Shown piece by piece: positions 38,613-48,600 of a DNA stretch of 64,000 nucleotides. The notes beneath the pieces were generated by a model, which had not been told where the DNA came from, searched no databases, and was given only the letters and a program-made list of their open reading frames with translations. Every line of letters starts with the position of its first letter. Positions within the stretch are counted from its first letter, which is position 1. The DNA is from an uncultured Candidatus Saccharibacteria bacterium (GTDB lineage Bacteria; Patescibacteriota; UBA1384; JAMDBS01; CAYSHH01): contig CAYSHH010000001.1 of the NCBI GenBank assembly GCA_964430945.1, positions 82,678 through 146,677 of the forward strand, read 5' to 3'. The translations under genes and the position numbers were made by a program.

Positions 38613-38628
38613 AAATGAGACACTATAG
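38613..38628 (+). repeat. Direct repeat copy 2: AAATGAGACACTATAG
   Basis: Exact copy of 30667-30682. Lies 44 nt upstream of the ATG at 38672. Confidence 0.7.
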
Positions 38629-38671
38629 GAAATGGTTGTTTTAATTCTCATTTTCTGATTAGAATATAAAT

Positions 38672-39586
38672 ATGAAGAAAAAAATATTTCAACTAATAAT
38701 TGGCGGTGAATTTACTGCTCAACCAAAACATAAATCCAAGATCATTCCTATAAACCTTCTAGACCATTTTTATAACACCAACCCAAACGATTTAGGAAGT
38801 ATTATAGATTTTGCCAATAAATATAGTTTTGGTGGATATATTGTACCTAATAGAAATTGTTCAATAAAAGATAGATTCTTAAATCTTCAAGATAAATATA
38901 ATCCGATTATCAGACATCTTGTTGACACTAAAACGATTAATTATCATGATCTTACAATTATTAACAAAGATTTAAAATCATCTTTCCCCTATATTCGTTT
39001 AAGAAATACTGTTAATAATCTTGAAAAAATTAAAAGAGGTTTTGCTTTTTATGATTTAAAAAATGTTCATGGCGAAAAACCAGAATACAAAATCACAAAC
39101 ATTGGTGCATTTGAAGTTGATAAAGATAAAAGCGCTCATATTGAAATAACTATAAAGGTTCCTGCTGAGTCTAAGACAAAATGGTATGTTGAGCAAATAG
39201 ATGACGGCGCATCAATGCTTGAAAAAATATTTCCCGATCAAGACTGGGGAGCAAACAAAGAATATCTCAAAAATATTATTTTAAAAAACGGAAATATCAA
39301 ATTTGATTCCAATAAACAGGTAAAATCAATTGAAATGAATTTCTACCTTGGTAAGACAAATTTTTTTAAAGAAGAACTAGTAGCAGTCTGGACATCACAA
39401 AATGCAGAATCTTTTCTAGCTAAAAGAATCTGGGATTATGTAAACAGTGAGTTTATAAATAAAGGAGAACGTAAGTTATGTAAAATTTGCGCGAAAATAC
39501 ACACTGGACGCTCTAAAGATTATTGTTCAAGAGAAGCTTGTCGCAAAGAATGGGATAGTAGACGAAAAAAACGTAAAAAGAAGTAA
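38672..39586 (+). CDS. Hypothetical protein with C-terminal zinc-ribbon and basic tail
   Basis: 304 aa. No recognisable catalytic motif. C-terminus CKICAKIH...CSREAC, then RKEWDSRRKKRKKK. Confidence 0.4.
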   Translation: MKKKIFQLIIGGEFTAQPKHKSKIIPINLLDHFYNTNPNDLGSIIDFANKYSFGGYIVPNRNCSIKDRFLNLQDKYNPIIRHLVDTKTINYHDLTIINKDLKSSFPYIRLRNTVNNLEKIKRGFAFYDLKNVHGEKPEYKITNIGAFEVDKDKSAHIEITIKVPAESKTKWYVEQIDDGASMLEKIFPDQDWGANKEYLKNIILKNGNIKFDSNKQVKSIEMNFYLGKTNFFKEELVAVWTSQNAESFLAKRIWDYVNSEFINKGERKLCKICAKIHTGRSKDYCSREACRKEWDSRRKKRKKK

Positions 39587-39660
39587 AATTCCGAGCATTT
39601 TCCGAGTTTGAACTCTCAAAAAACGCCTTGTGGTAAGATAAAAATAATAAAAATAATAAA

Positions 39661-39683
39661 CGCACCCGAAAGGTGCTTTTTTA
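39661..39683 (+). terminator. Rho-independent terminator
   Basis: GCACCCGAAAGGTGCTTTTTT. Confidence 0.8.
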
Positions 39684-39701
39684 GTTAAGAAAGGAATAAA
39701 A

Positions 39702-39896
39702 ATGCCACAAGACAAAGAGAAACAAGCGCTAGAGCTTGTAAATTCAATTCGAGGGCAAGTCCTTATTGGATACGCCTTAGAAACAGCTATTAATAAGTTT
39801 TCAATATTTAAAGGAAGATACAAACAAGTATCAGTGATTGCTGACATGCAATTGATGCTTGATAATATTTTCTTCATCGGAAAGGCACAAAAATGA
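39702..39896 (+). CDS. Small hypothetical protein (64 aa)
   Basis: SD GAAAGGAAT upstream. The stop overlaps the start of the ParB-MTase gene (ATGA). Confidence 0.4.
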   Translation: MPQDKEKQALELVNSIRGQVLIGYALETAINKFSIFKGRYKQVSVIADMQLMLDNIFFIGKAQK

Positions 39897-41188
39897 AAAA
39901 ATTAAACTTAAAAACTGTCTATGTAGACACAAAATCACTAAAATTCTGTGAATATAACCCAAGGATTTTTAGTGATAAAGCGATTAGTGATCTTAAAAAG
40001 TCGATCAAAAAAAGCGGATTTGTTTCTCCAATTTTGGCTAACTCAAATTCCAAAAGATACATGATTGTAATTGGAGGGAACCTTCGGTTATATGTTGCTC
40101 GCAAGCTTGGCATTAAAAAGGTGCCGGTCAACTACATCAATGTGGAAAATATTGAAGATGAAAAAAGATTAAATCTGGCTTTAAATCGTGTGAGCGGTGA
40201 ATGGAATTATGAAGCACTTAAAAACTTTAAAATTAAAACGCTTCTAGACATAGGTTTTGATGAAAAGGATTTAAGTTTAATTTGGAACGATGTTTTGTCC
40301 ATAGAAAATGATGATTTTGATGAAGCCAAAGAGGTTGAAGCAATTAAGATTCCAAAAACCAAACTTGGAGATTTATACGAACTCGGGATACATCGCTTGA
40401 TTTGCGGAAATTCCGAGAACCCGGAAGTTATAAAACGATTAGTTGGTAAAGAAAAAGTAAGTATGATAAATTGCGATCCAATCTATAACATCACCTACGA
40501 TTACTCCAAAGGACTAGGCAAAAAAGACAAGTATCATGCAGAAGTAAAAGACACCAGAAGTATTGAGGAATACAAGAAGCTATTGAAGACAACTATTGAA
40601 AATGGATTGGCAGTTTCCAAAGATGATGTCCACTGCTTTTACTTCTGTGATCAAAGGTATATAGGTTTACTTCAAAGTATTTATTCAGAACTAGGATTAG
40701 ATAATAAACGAGTATGTTTATGGATTAAAAATAATATGAATCCGACACCTCAGGTCGCATTTTCAAAGTGTTATGAAGCTGTCGTATATAGTACCCGAGG
40801 AAATCCATACTTGGCGTCAATTAATAATCTTAATGAAATCTTAAACAAAGAAATTGGCACCGGCAATAGAACAATTGATGACATTTTAGATTTATTGGAT
40901 ATATGGCTTGTTAAAAGATTGCCAACATCTCAATATGAGCATCCTACCAGCAAGCCGCCTTCACTTTACGAAAAAGCTCTCAGAAGATGCACCAGGCTCA
41001 ATGATATTGTACTTGACATGTTTGCCGGCGGTGGCAGTCAAATGTCAGCCTGCGAGCAGTTAAAGCGCAAATGCTATATGGTCGAGCTTGAGCCGAGGTT
41101 CTGTGATGTGATCATCAAACGTTATGAAACACTAACAGGGAATAAAGCAAAATTAATTAGAAAAGGAGATTCAAATGAAAATAAATAA
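39893..41188 (+). CDS. ParB-like nuclease domain fused to a DNA methyltransferase (N6-adenine/N4-cytosine, beta class)
   Basis: 431 aa. N-terminal ParB/Srx-like region (VSPILANSNSKRYMIVIGGNLRLYVARKLG), catalytic motif IV DPIYNI, C-terminal AdoMet motif I DMFAGGGS. Confidence 0.8.
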   Translation: MKKLNLKTVYVDTKSLKFCEYNPRIFSDKAISDLKKSIKKSGFVSPILANSNSKRYMIVIGGNLRLYVARKLGIKKVPVNYINVENIEDEKRLNLALNRVSGEWNYEALKNFKIKTLLDIGFDEKDLSLIWNDVLSIENDDFDEAKEVEAIKIPKTKLGDLYELGIHRLICGNSENPEVIKRLVGKEKVSMINCDPIYNITYDYSKGLGKKDKYHAEVKDTRSIEEYKKLLKTTIENGLAVSKDDVHCFYFCDQRYIGLLQSIYSELGLDNKRVCLWIKNNMNPTPQVAFSKCYEAVVYSTRGNPYLASINNLNEILNKEIGTGNRTIDDILDLLDIWLVKRLPTSQYEHPTSKPPSLYEKALRRCTRLNDIVLDMFAGGGSQMSACEQLKRKCYMVELEPRFCDVIIKRYETLTGNKAKLIRKGDSNENK

Positions 41189-41921
41189 AAACGATTTAAT
41201 TATTTTGGGCAATCACAGACTTTTTGCAGGTGATTGCACCAAACCAGAAAACATCAAAAGACTTATTGGTGACGAAAAAGTAACTTCCATAATCGTAGAT
41301 GTACCTTACGGAATTCAAGCCACCCAATCTAAAGAATATCTGCAAACCAAAACTAAACATAAAAACATTATTAATGATCAATATCAATCCAATACAGATT
41401 ATACCAAATTCATGAGAGATTGGCTTTCTGTCATAAAACCTTATCTTACAATTACCAACTCATATTATATCTTCAATTCCGACAAGATGATCTTTGCTCT
41501 TAAGGATGCCCTGGACAAAGAAAACTTTTATTTTTCCCAGCTTCTTATTTGGATTAAAAACCATCCAGTAATTGGACGGCTGGATTATCTTCCCCAGCAC
41601 GAGCTTGTAGCTTATGGATGGTATAAAAAACACAAATTCAGAAAATCCAAAGATAAAAGTGTCCAGTACTTTCCAAAACCCAACAAAAGTGAACTGCACG
41701 CCACTATGAAACCAGTAGGATTAATCAGAAATCTTATCTTAAACAGCACTGAAATTGGTGACATTGTCTATGATGGGTTTTTGGGTTCAGGAACCGCTAT
41801 TATTGCAGCAGAGCATACCAGAAGACGTTGTTTTGGAGCTGAAATTGATTTGGATCATTGCCGAACAATTATTAAACGTTTTAGTAAATTAACCGGCTTA
41901 AAAGCCAGAAAGGAGAATTAA
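41175..41921 (+). CDS. DNA methyltransferase (amino-MTase, motif IV before motif I)
   Basis: 248 aa. Motif IV DVPYG, motif I VYDGFLGSGTAIIAAE. Overlaps the upstream gene by 14 nt. Confidence 0.8.
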   Translation: MKINKNDLIILGNHRLFAGDCTKPENIKRLIGDEKVTSIIVDVPYGIQATQSKEYLQTKTKHKNIINDQYQSNTDYTKFMRDWLSVIKPYLTITNSYYIFNSDKMIFALKDALDKENFYFSQLLIWIKNHPVIGRLDYLPQHELVAYGWYKKHKFRKSKDKSVQYFPKPNKSELHATMKPVGLIRNLILNSTEIGDIVYDGFLGSGTAIIAAEHTRRRCFGAEIDLDHCRTIIKRFSKLTGLKARKEN

Positions 41922-41923
41922 AA

Positions 41924-42331
41924 ATGATTAAAAACAAAACTAAAATTAAACAATTGTTTGTCGAGCAATTGAGTAAAACGCCGATCATCCAAGTTTGTTG
42001 CGACAAGTTAAATGTCAGTAGGGCGACATTTTATAGGATGAAAGCCAGTGACAAGAAGTTTAGCCAGGAAGTAGACAAGGCTTTAGATGAAGGACGAGAA
42101 CTAGTTAATGATATTGCAGAATCAAGATTATTAACTGCTATTCAAAATGGTAATCTTTCCAGTATTATGTACTGGCTCAAGTTCAATAACTCCCGTTATG
42201 GCAATAAAATTGAGATTTCCGGCTCAATTAATACTACTAACGAGCTGACACCCCAGCAGCTAAAAAATATTAAAAAAGCGTTGGCTCTTGCCAACATTAA
42301 GGAGAATAATTATGAAAGAACAAATAAATAA
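41924..42331 (+). CDS. Phage terminase small subunit-like HTH protein
   Basis: 135 aa. HTH CDKLNVSRATFYRMKASD. Sits immediately upstream of, and overlapping, the terminase large subunit. Confidence 0.6.
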   Translation: MIKNKTKIKQLFVEQLSKTPIIQVCCDKLNVSRATFYRMKASDKKFSQEVDKALDEGRELVNDIAESRLLTAIQNGNLSSIMYWLKFNNSRYGNKIEISGSINTTNELTPQQLKNIKKALALANIKENNYERTNK

Positions 42332-43889
42332 TAAAAATTATCAGGAAATTAAGAAATTTGTTGAAAGCATTATCAGTGATCCAGCAAGTCGCAGAGAAAT
42401 AGTTAAGCGAAGTCATCTATATTTCTTCTGCACTTACTTTAGTAAATACCTAACTTACCAGATGGCGCCACTTCATCACGAGCTATTTCGTATCAGTGAA
42501 GATGATAATATTAATCTGGCAATAATTTCTGCCTTCAGAAATTGTGGAAAAAGCGTAATTATGAATCTATCATATATACTCTGGGCGGTATTGGGAAAAC
42601 CACAAAAAAAATTCATACTCATTATTTCTCAAACCAGTGATCAAGCCAGACAGCATTTTGCCAATTTAAGACGAGAGTTGGAGACAAATGAGCTTTTGAA
42701 AAAAGATCTTGGTCCATTTAAGCAGGATTTCACCTGGAATAATGGTGCTTTAGTTATTCCCAAATACAATGCCAAGATTATGGCTTGTTCAACTGAGCAG
42801 TCAATTCGAGGATTAAGATATGGCGAGCATCGTCCTGACCTATTGATTCTTGATGATATTGAAGACATAAACAGCGTAAAAACTAGAGAATCCCGTGATA
42901 AAACATACACTTGGTTTGATTCAGAAATAACTCCAATTGGTGACAGAAAAACAAAGACAATAATCTTGGGAAATATTTTGCATCAGGATTCAATGATTAA
43001 AAGATTAGAATCAGAAATTGACGCAAAAACTAGAGACGGTATTTATCGAGAGTATCCTATTATGGATGATAATGATAATATTCTCTGGTCTGGCAAATAT
43101 CCAACCATAAAAGAAATTGATGAAGAAAAAAGGAAACGCAACAGATTCACTTGGCTTAGAGAATTTATGCTTAGAATTATTGATGATAAAGAACCAGTAA
43201 TTGACCCTGATTGGATACATTATTATCAAGAGCTTCCAAAACCATTAAGGAATCAAGGATATGCTTATGCCGTAGGTATAGATCTGGCGGTATCAGAGAA
43301 AGAGCATGCAGACTATACTGCAATTGTAACAGCAAAAGTTATGAACGAAAAAAATGGAAAAAGGATATATATTCTCCCTAATCCAATCAACACCAAAGTG
43401 CGTATGCCCGATACAATCAATAATATTATAAACATAGATAATACATTGGATGATGGAAGATGCAAATTCTATATCGAAGACGTAGGTACTCAAAGAGGAT
43501 TAGCTCAGTTATTGGAGGAAAAAAAGATTGAAACATACAATGTGAAAATTGGTCAGAATGATAAAAGAACCAGACTCTCTATGACATCTAACAGCATCAA
43601 AGAAGGAAAAATATTATTTCCCGAAAAAGGATGCGAAGAACTCATCAGACAGATTCTTGAATTTAACATCTTAAAGCACGATGATTTAATGGATGCATTC
43701 TCTACATTGTTTCAAGGTATTCAGGAAGAACCACCATCAACTTCCTGTGGTATTACAATCATTGATTTAGGACCTGAATTTAAACCAAGAGATCCATTGG
43801 AATACGAAAAATATGCAAAAGAAAAAAGGATTAAGCTTGGACCAGATGGTCTTCCAGTAAGAAAAAATGGAAGAATTGTTAGACTTTAA
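42312..43889 (+). CDS. Phage terminase large subunit
   Basis: Start set at MKEQINN (SD AAGGAG 8 nt upstream). ATPase Walker A-like FRNCGKS, Walker B LLILDDIED, RNase H-like nuclease domain AVGIDLAVSEKEHADYTAIV...DDLMDAF. Confidence 0.85.
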   Translation: MKEQINNKNYQEIKKFVESIISDPASRREIVKRSHLYFFCTYFSKYLTYQMAPLHHELFRISEDDNINLAIISAFRNCGKSVIMNLSYILWAVLGKPQKKFILIISQTSDQARQHFANLRRELETNELLKKDLGPFKQDFTWNNGALVIPKYNAKIMACSTEQSIRGLRYGEHRPDLLILDDIEDINSVKTRESRDKTYTWFDSEITPIGDRKTKTIILGNILHQDSMIKRLESEIDAKTRDGIYREYPIMDDNDNILWSGKYPTIKEIDEEKRKRNRFTWLREFMLRIIDDKEPVIDPDWIHYYQELPKPLRNQGYAYAVGIDLAVSEKEHADYTAIVTAKVMNEKNGKRIYILPNPINTKVRMPDTINNIINIDNTLDDGRCKFYIEDVGTQRGLAQLLEEKKIETYNVKIGQNDKRTRLSMTSNSIKEGKILFPEKGCEELIRQILEFNILKHDDLMDAFSTLFQGIQEEPPSTSCGITIIDLGPEFKPRDPLEYEKYAKEKRIKLGPDGLPVRKNGRIVRL

Positions 43890-43930
43890 GTCAGTTATCT
43901 GTCATTACTGTATGTCAGAAAGGAATATAT

Positions 43931-44185
43931 ATGAAAACAAGATACATTGTTAAAGATAATAAACTAATCTTATATTCTCAAAATAAAACCACTATTCCCA
44001 TATCTCAAATTCTTTGGATAAAATTCTCTGATAATCAGAAAAACTCTAAAGTAATACTTGAGACAATATCAGGTATTATAGCTGAATTTAAGATTAATCC
44101 CGAAAATAGAACAAAATTCAAAAACTTAATGGATCTGCATAGAAAGAATGTAATCTTAAAAGAGTTAGAAATAAAGAAGAAATAA
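43931..44185 (+). CDS. Small hypothetical protein
   Basis: 84 aa. SD GAAAGGAAT. Confidence 0.4.
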   Translation: MKTRYIVKDNKLILYSQNKTTIPISQILWIKFSDNQKNSKVILETISGIIAEFKINPENRTKFKNLMDLHRKNVILKELEIKKK

Positions 44186-44198
44186 TAAAGTGAAAATA

Positions 44199-44232
44199 AG
44201 CTAGGGATTAATTATCCTTAGCTTATTTTATT
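44199..44232. terminator. Bidirectional terminator at the convergence of the phage-like module and the minus-strand operon
   Basis: ATAAGCTAGGGA-ttaatta-TCCTTAGCTTATTTT: 12-bp stem with one mismatch. Confidence 0.7.
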
Positions 44233-44237
44233 AATTC

Positions 44238-44465
44238 TTAATTATTATCTACATCAAGCATAGATAGCTTTTTATAATATTTAACAGCACTTTCTTGATT
44301 AGGGAATTCTTTTTTACCACAAAACCCACGAAAGCGGGTGCCTTCCGGATAGTTTTCTGTTATCAGATACTCTGCAAACCATTTTTTAGTTTTGGGATTA
44401 ATTTTAGGTTTAACTTCAATTTTGCAGGTTTTGTATGTAAAGTTTAAGATACTATTTTTTAGCAT
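44238..44465 (-). CDS. Small hypothetical protein, last gene of the minus-strand operon
   Basis: Likely start MLKNSIL. Overlaps the 3' end of the DUF2130 gene. Confidence 0.35.
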   Translation of the reverse strand: MLKNSILNFTYKTCKIEVKPKINPKTKKWFAEYLITENYPEGTRFRGFCGKKEFPNQESAVKYYKKLSMLDVDNN

Positions 44466-45609
44466 TTTTATTCTCTTCAGGCTCTTCAAGGTATTTAATT
44501 TGCCCCAATGCACGACCAGTTACCGCTTGAAAATCTCCATACATTCCATGAGTATTATCAATGATCTTTCTGATTTCTTTCTCTTGTCTTGCCCATTTTG
44601 TTTGAAACCATCTTTTTTCTCTTTCAGTTTCTTGTTGTAAATTTGTAAATGCTTCAACTATAGCTTCAATGCGGTGTTGAAATTCTGTTCCAGTAAGATA
44701 TTGAAATAGTATTTCCATTTTTTCATTTTTACCTACATTCAATAATTTTTCGTTATGGAGATGAATCAAATCGAATCTAAGCGCGGTTGATAAAGCGATA
44801 ATCATCTTGGGATTAGCTATCCAAACTCCTTCACGATAAACATAAGTTTCAATATCATCTGGCAAATCAGTTCCAACCAAAACTCCCAACTGAGCTTTTG
44901 CCGTTCTTTGATCTTCTCTTAATTTTTTAATCCAGCTTGAGCTCCATTTAGCATTTTTAGACTCCCATAATATTGTTCCACATTCTCTTCCTTTTTTATC
45001 GATGACTACCTGTTTCGTATCGGCTCCTCTTTGTCCCTTTTTGATTTCTTCAATTTTATCTTCAGAGAAATAACGTTTCAGCATTTCTTCAAGTTTTAAC
45101 TCGAGAACCTCACCTTGTAATTGTTGTGAGCTTCGTTGAGCTTTCTTCTGTGCTTCAATTAAAGATTTTTTTAAGTCATCAATTATTTTATCTTTTTCCC
45201 TATCTTTTAATTCATGTTCTTCAGTAAAACTTTTTCTCGTTTCAATTTTAATTTTTTCTTCTTCATCTAATAATTTCTTTTTCATCTCCAAATCTCGTTC
45301 TTCATCCTTTCTTCTGAGTTTGCGTAATTCATCATTCAAATCTTCCAATTGTTTTAGAAGTTTAGAATTTCTGTCTTTTTCTTCTTGTTTTTCTTTTTGT
45401 AGATTTTTAATTTGAGAATCAAAACTATCTTGAAGTTTTGACATAATTTCTTTTTCTGTTCTTTCCTTAACTTCAGCAATTTCCTTTTGATGTTTTGTTT
45501 TTTCTGCAAGTAATGCTTCTTCTTTGATTTTATGTTGCAAAGCTTCAGTTATTTCAATTTCTTTACCACAATACTTACATTTAATTGTATTTGTCATACT
45601 TGACTCCAC
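44452..45609 (-). CDS. DUF2130 family protein with N-terminal zinc-ribbon and long coiled coil
   Basis: 385 aa. CKYCGKEI zinc ribbon, 200 aa of K/E-rich coiled coil, and a C-terminal DUF2130-like core (KKGQRGADTKQVVIDKKGRECGTILWESKNAKWSSSWIKKLREDQRTAKAQLGVLVG). Confidence 0.6.
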   Translation of the reverse strand: MESSMTNTIKCKYCGKEIEITEALQHKIKEEALLAEKTKHQKEIAEVKERTEKEIMSKLQDSFDSQIKNLQKEKQEEKDRNSKLLKQLEDLNDELRKLRRKDEERDLEMKKKLLDEEEKIKIETRKSFTEEHELKDREKDKIIDDLKKSLIEAQKKAQRSSQQLQGEVLELKLEEMLKRYFSEDKIEEIKKGQRGADTKQVVIDKKGRECGTILWESKNAKWSSSWIKKLREDQRTAKAQLGVLVGTDLPDDIETYVYREGVWIANPKMIIALSTALRFDLIHLHNEKLLNVGKNEKMEILFQYLTGTEFQHRIEAIVEAFTNLQQETEREKRWFQTKWARQEKEIRKIIDNTHGMYGDFQAVTGRALGQIKYLEEPEENKNAKK

Positions 45610-45627
45610 AAATCATTATTTATGAAT

Positions 45628-48600
45628 TTAATTTAATTCTTTTTTTATTTCTTCAATTATTTGATCTCTATTATAATTGTTATTTATCCAATTTGAATAT
45701 TTAATTCGTAAAAACTTCCAACCTGCTGATTCAAGAACCATTTGTCTTTTTATATCGGAATCAATATATTCCATATTTTCTTCATCAGAAAAATGACAAG
45801 GTCCATCACATTCAATTGCAAGCTTTGTATTATTCTCTTTATTTTGAATTACAAAATCAATATAATAACCACAAGTTGGTACCTGATTATAAATTAAATA
45901 TTTCTTACTTTGTAGTTTATTATTAGCTAAATCATAAAATTCTTTTTCGAAGTTTGAATCAAAACTACGAAGTTCCTTTTTTGTGCTTTCAACTACTCCG
46001 TTTGTTTCAATATAGCATAAGAATTTATCAAGCCATATTTTTTCTGGCCATTCCCTATAATCTAAGCTAGTAAAACAATGTACTTGTAGTCTAGCTCGAG
46101 AAAAAGCAACATTTATTCTACCCCTGACTATTTCTGGACGTATGTCTCCACCTTCACCAGTTAAAGCTACATATTGCATTTTTTGAGATGGATCATGTAT
46201 AACTAACGAAAAAATTACTATATCTCTTTCTTCTCCTTGTATACCATCAATAATACCAATTTTAATATTATGGTCTATTCCAAATGTGTTCTCAATTTTT
46301 TTTCTTATTAAATCTGCTTGATCATTAAAAAAAGATAGTATTGCTATCGATTTATCTTTGTATATAGGATCTTTTTTAATATCTTTAATAAACTTAATAA
46401 TTTCATTAGCCTCATTTGAATTCACACTTGGTGAAATATTTTCCTTATCTTCTGTATCATATTTAACTAAATGATTTACTAATACACGATTAGTATCCTT
46501 GTATGTTAGATATGAATTATTAACAACTTTCAGACTATTATCATAAAAATTTTCATTACAAAAACCTATAATTTCAACAGGTGATCGATAATGTTCTTCT
46601 AAAAATTTTGATTTAATACCTCTGAGTATGCCAATATCTAGTATCGATTTAATATTTTCATATCTTCCCATTATTCTGTAATCTTCATCGATATCAAATC
46701 TTAATGCCAAATCTTCTAAAATAGATTTCTTTTTAAACAGTACTGTATCATCCCTCATTTGTTTAGGATCGCCAACGATTATTGCTTTTTCTGCCCGATA
46801 CATTGTTGGAAGTGCATATGCAATATTACATTGTGATGACTCGTCTAATATTACATAATCAAATAAGTTTTGTTCTAAGGGTAGAACTCTGCTTGCATCC
46901 TCTAAATTCATTATCCATATAGGAACAATATTTGATACTGCACTAAAAATAGATAAATCATTTCTTAATCTTTCGAAGGTCTTAAAAGCTTTTTTAGATT
47001 TCTTTAAACCTTTTGCAAAACTAATTATTTTTCCTCGAATAGTGGCTTTCAAATCTTTATAAAGAGAGACTTTGTATTTTATCTGATTACGGAGATATTG
47101 TCCTACGATTTTTTGTCTATTCTTTTCAAAATCATTTATTTCATTTGATATATTTGAATAATCAATAAAATCAATCTCGATTATTTGTTCTGTGATTTTA
47201 TTAAATTCAAAAAAATCCGATAATTCTTTTTTTTGATTTTGTGAAGATAAAATTATTTTAATTATTCTTTTTAACTCATCTAGGGTAGTATTAATAGATT
47301 CTAAAAACTCATTTATTTGTTCCCGAGTATTTTCTATTTGCAATCTTTGTTCCTGAAATACACAATATCTTTGTACTGATTCAAAAAATTTTACTTTTGT
47401 TCCGAGTGACTTAGTTTTATCAGCAAGACATTTTTTCAAAATGCTCGTCATTTCTTTAGGCATCTTTTCTATGTTGTTCCGGTGAGCTTTTTGAAGTTGT
47501 ATTTTTTTAATTATTGATTTAATCAAATTTTGATTATCGTAATCAAACTGAATCATCTCATCAATCATTTCTTCCACATCTGCTGATAAATTTTTCTCCC
47601 AATACATTGCCAAAACTGTTGAGAAGAATTCTGAGAATTTATCAAATTCCTTTTTGTAAGTATTCTCGTAATCCTTCCTTCTTTTTTCTAAGTATGAGAT
47701 TTTGTTTATTTTTTCCTGAAGATTTTTAACAGTTTCCAAATTAAGCTTTTCTTCTAATTTTCTATAGTTTTCTAAATAAAAATATTCTTCCGGATATTTT
47801 TTAATTTTTTCTTTTAAATGAAAAATGGTTTCTTGTTGTTTAATACCTTTGTTAAAAAGTAATGACTTTTCTACAATTTCTTTAATTTGTTTTTGTATAT
47901 CTTGTTCATCAATATTGTGTCGGGATAAGAAACTATCTAATTTTAATCGTTCTAAAGAATTAGAAAAACTATCATAAATTTGTTTTTCTGTTATGTCGCT
48001 AGTCATATAACCAAATAAATGATCAATTCCCAAATCATTCATTTTGTCTTTTACCACTCTCAACGCTTGCTGTTTTTGACTAACAAATAATATTCTTTTT
48101 CCTTTTGCAACTAAGTGGCAAAGTAAATTTGATATTGTCTGGCTTTTGCCAGTTCCTGGAGGACCTTCAATAATAAATGCTTTGTTTTGCAAAAATTGTA
48201 TTACTTTTAGTTGACTACGATTATATTTAAAAGGATAAAATATATTTCCTTGTTTAATAGATTCGTTATCGACTAGATTGAGTTCATTATCGCTTTCCTG
48301 GGACCATACTCCAATACTAGATTTAGCAAGTTCTTCATTTTTCTTTTCAGATAATATTTCTAGATCTTTAGTAAGAAAATAATTACTTTTAGGCGCTAAA
48401 CTTAATGATATTATTGAAAAATCGCAATTGTTCTGAGCAAAATTTATCTTAGTTAATCTTAATTTATTTACTAAAATTTCACCTAGTTCTTTTAGAATTT
48501 TAATATTTCCCGGTAGATTTAACTTGGTATCTTGGTCAAATTTACCAAAATCTTTTAACAAGTCATAATAAAAATCTTCATTTTCTAGAATATTCTCAAA

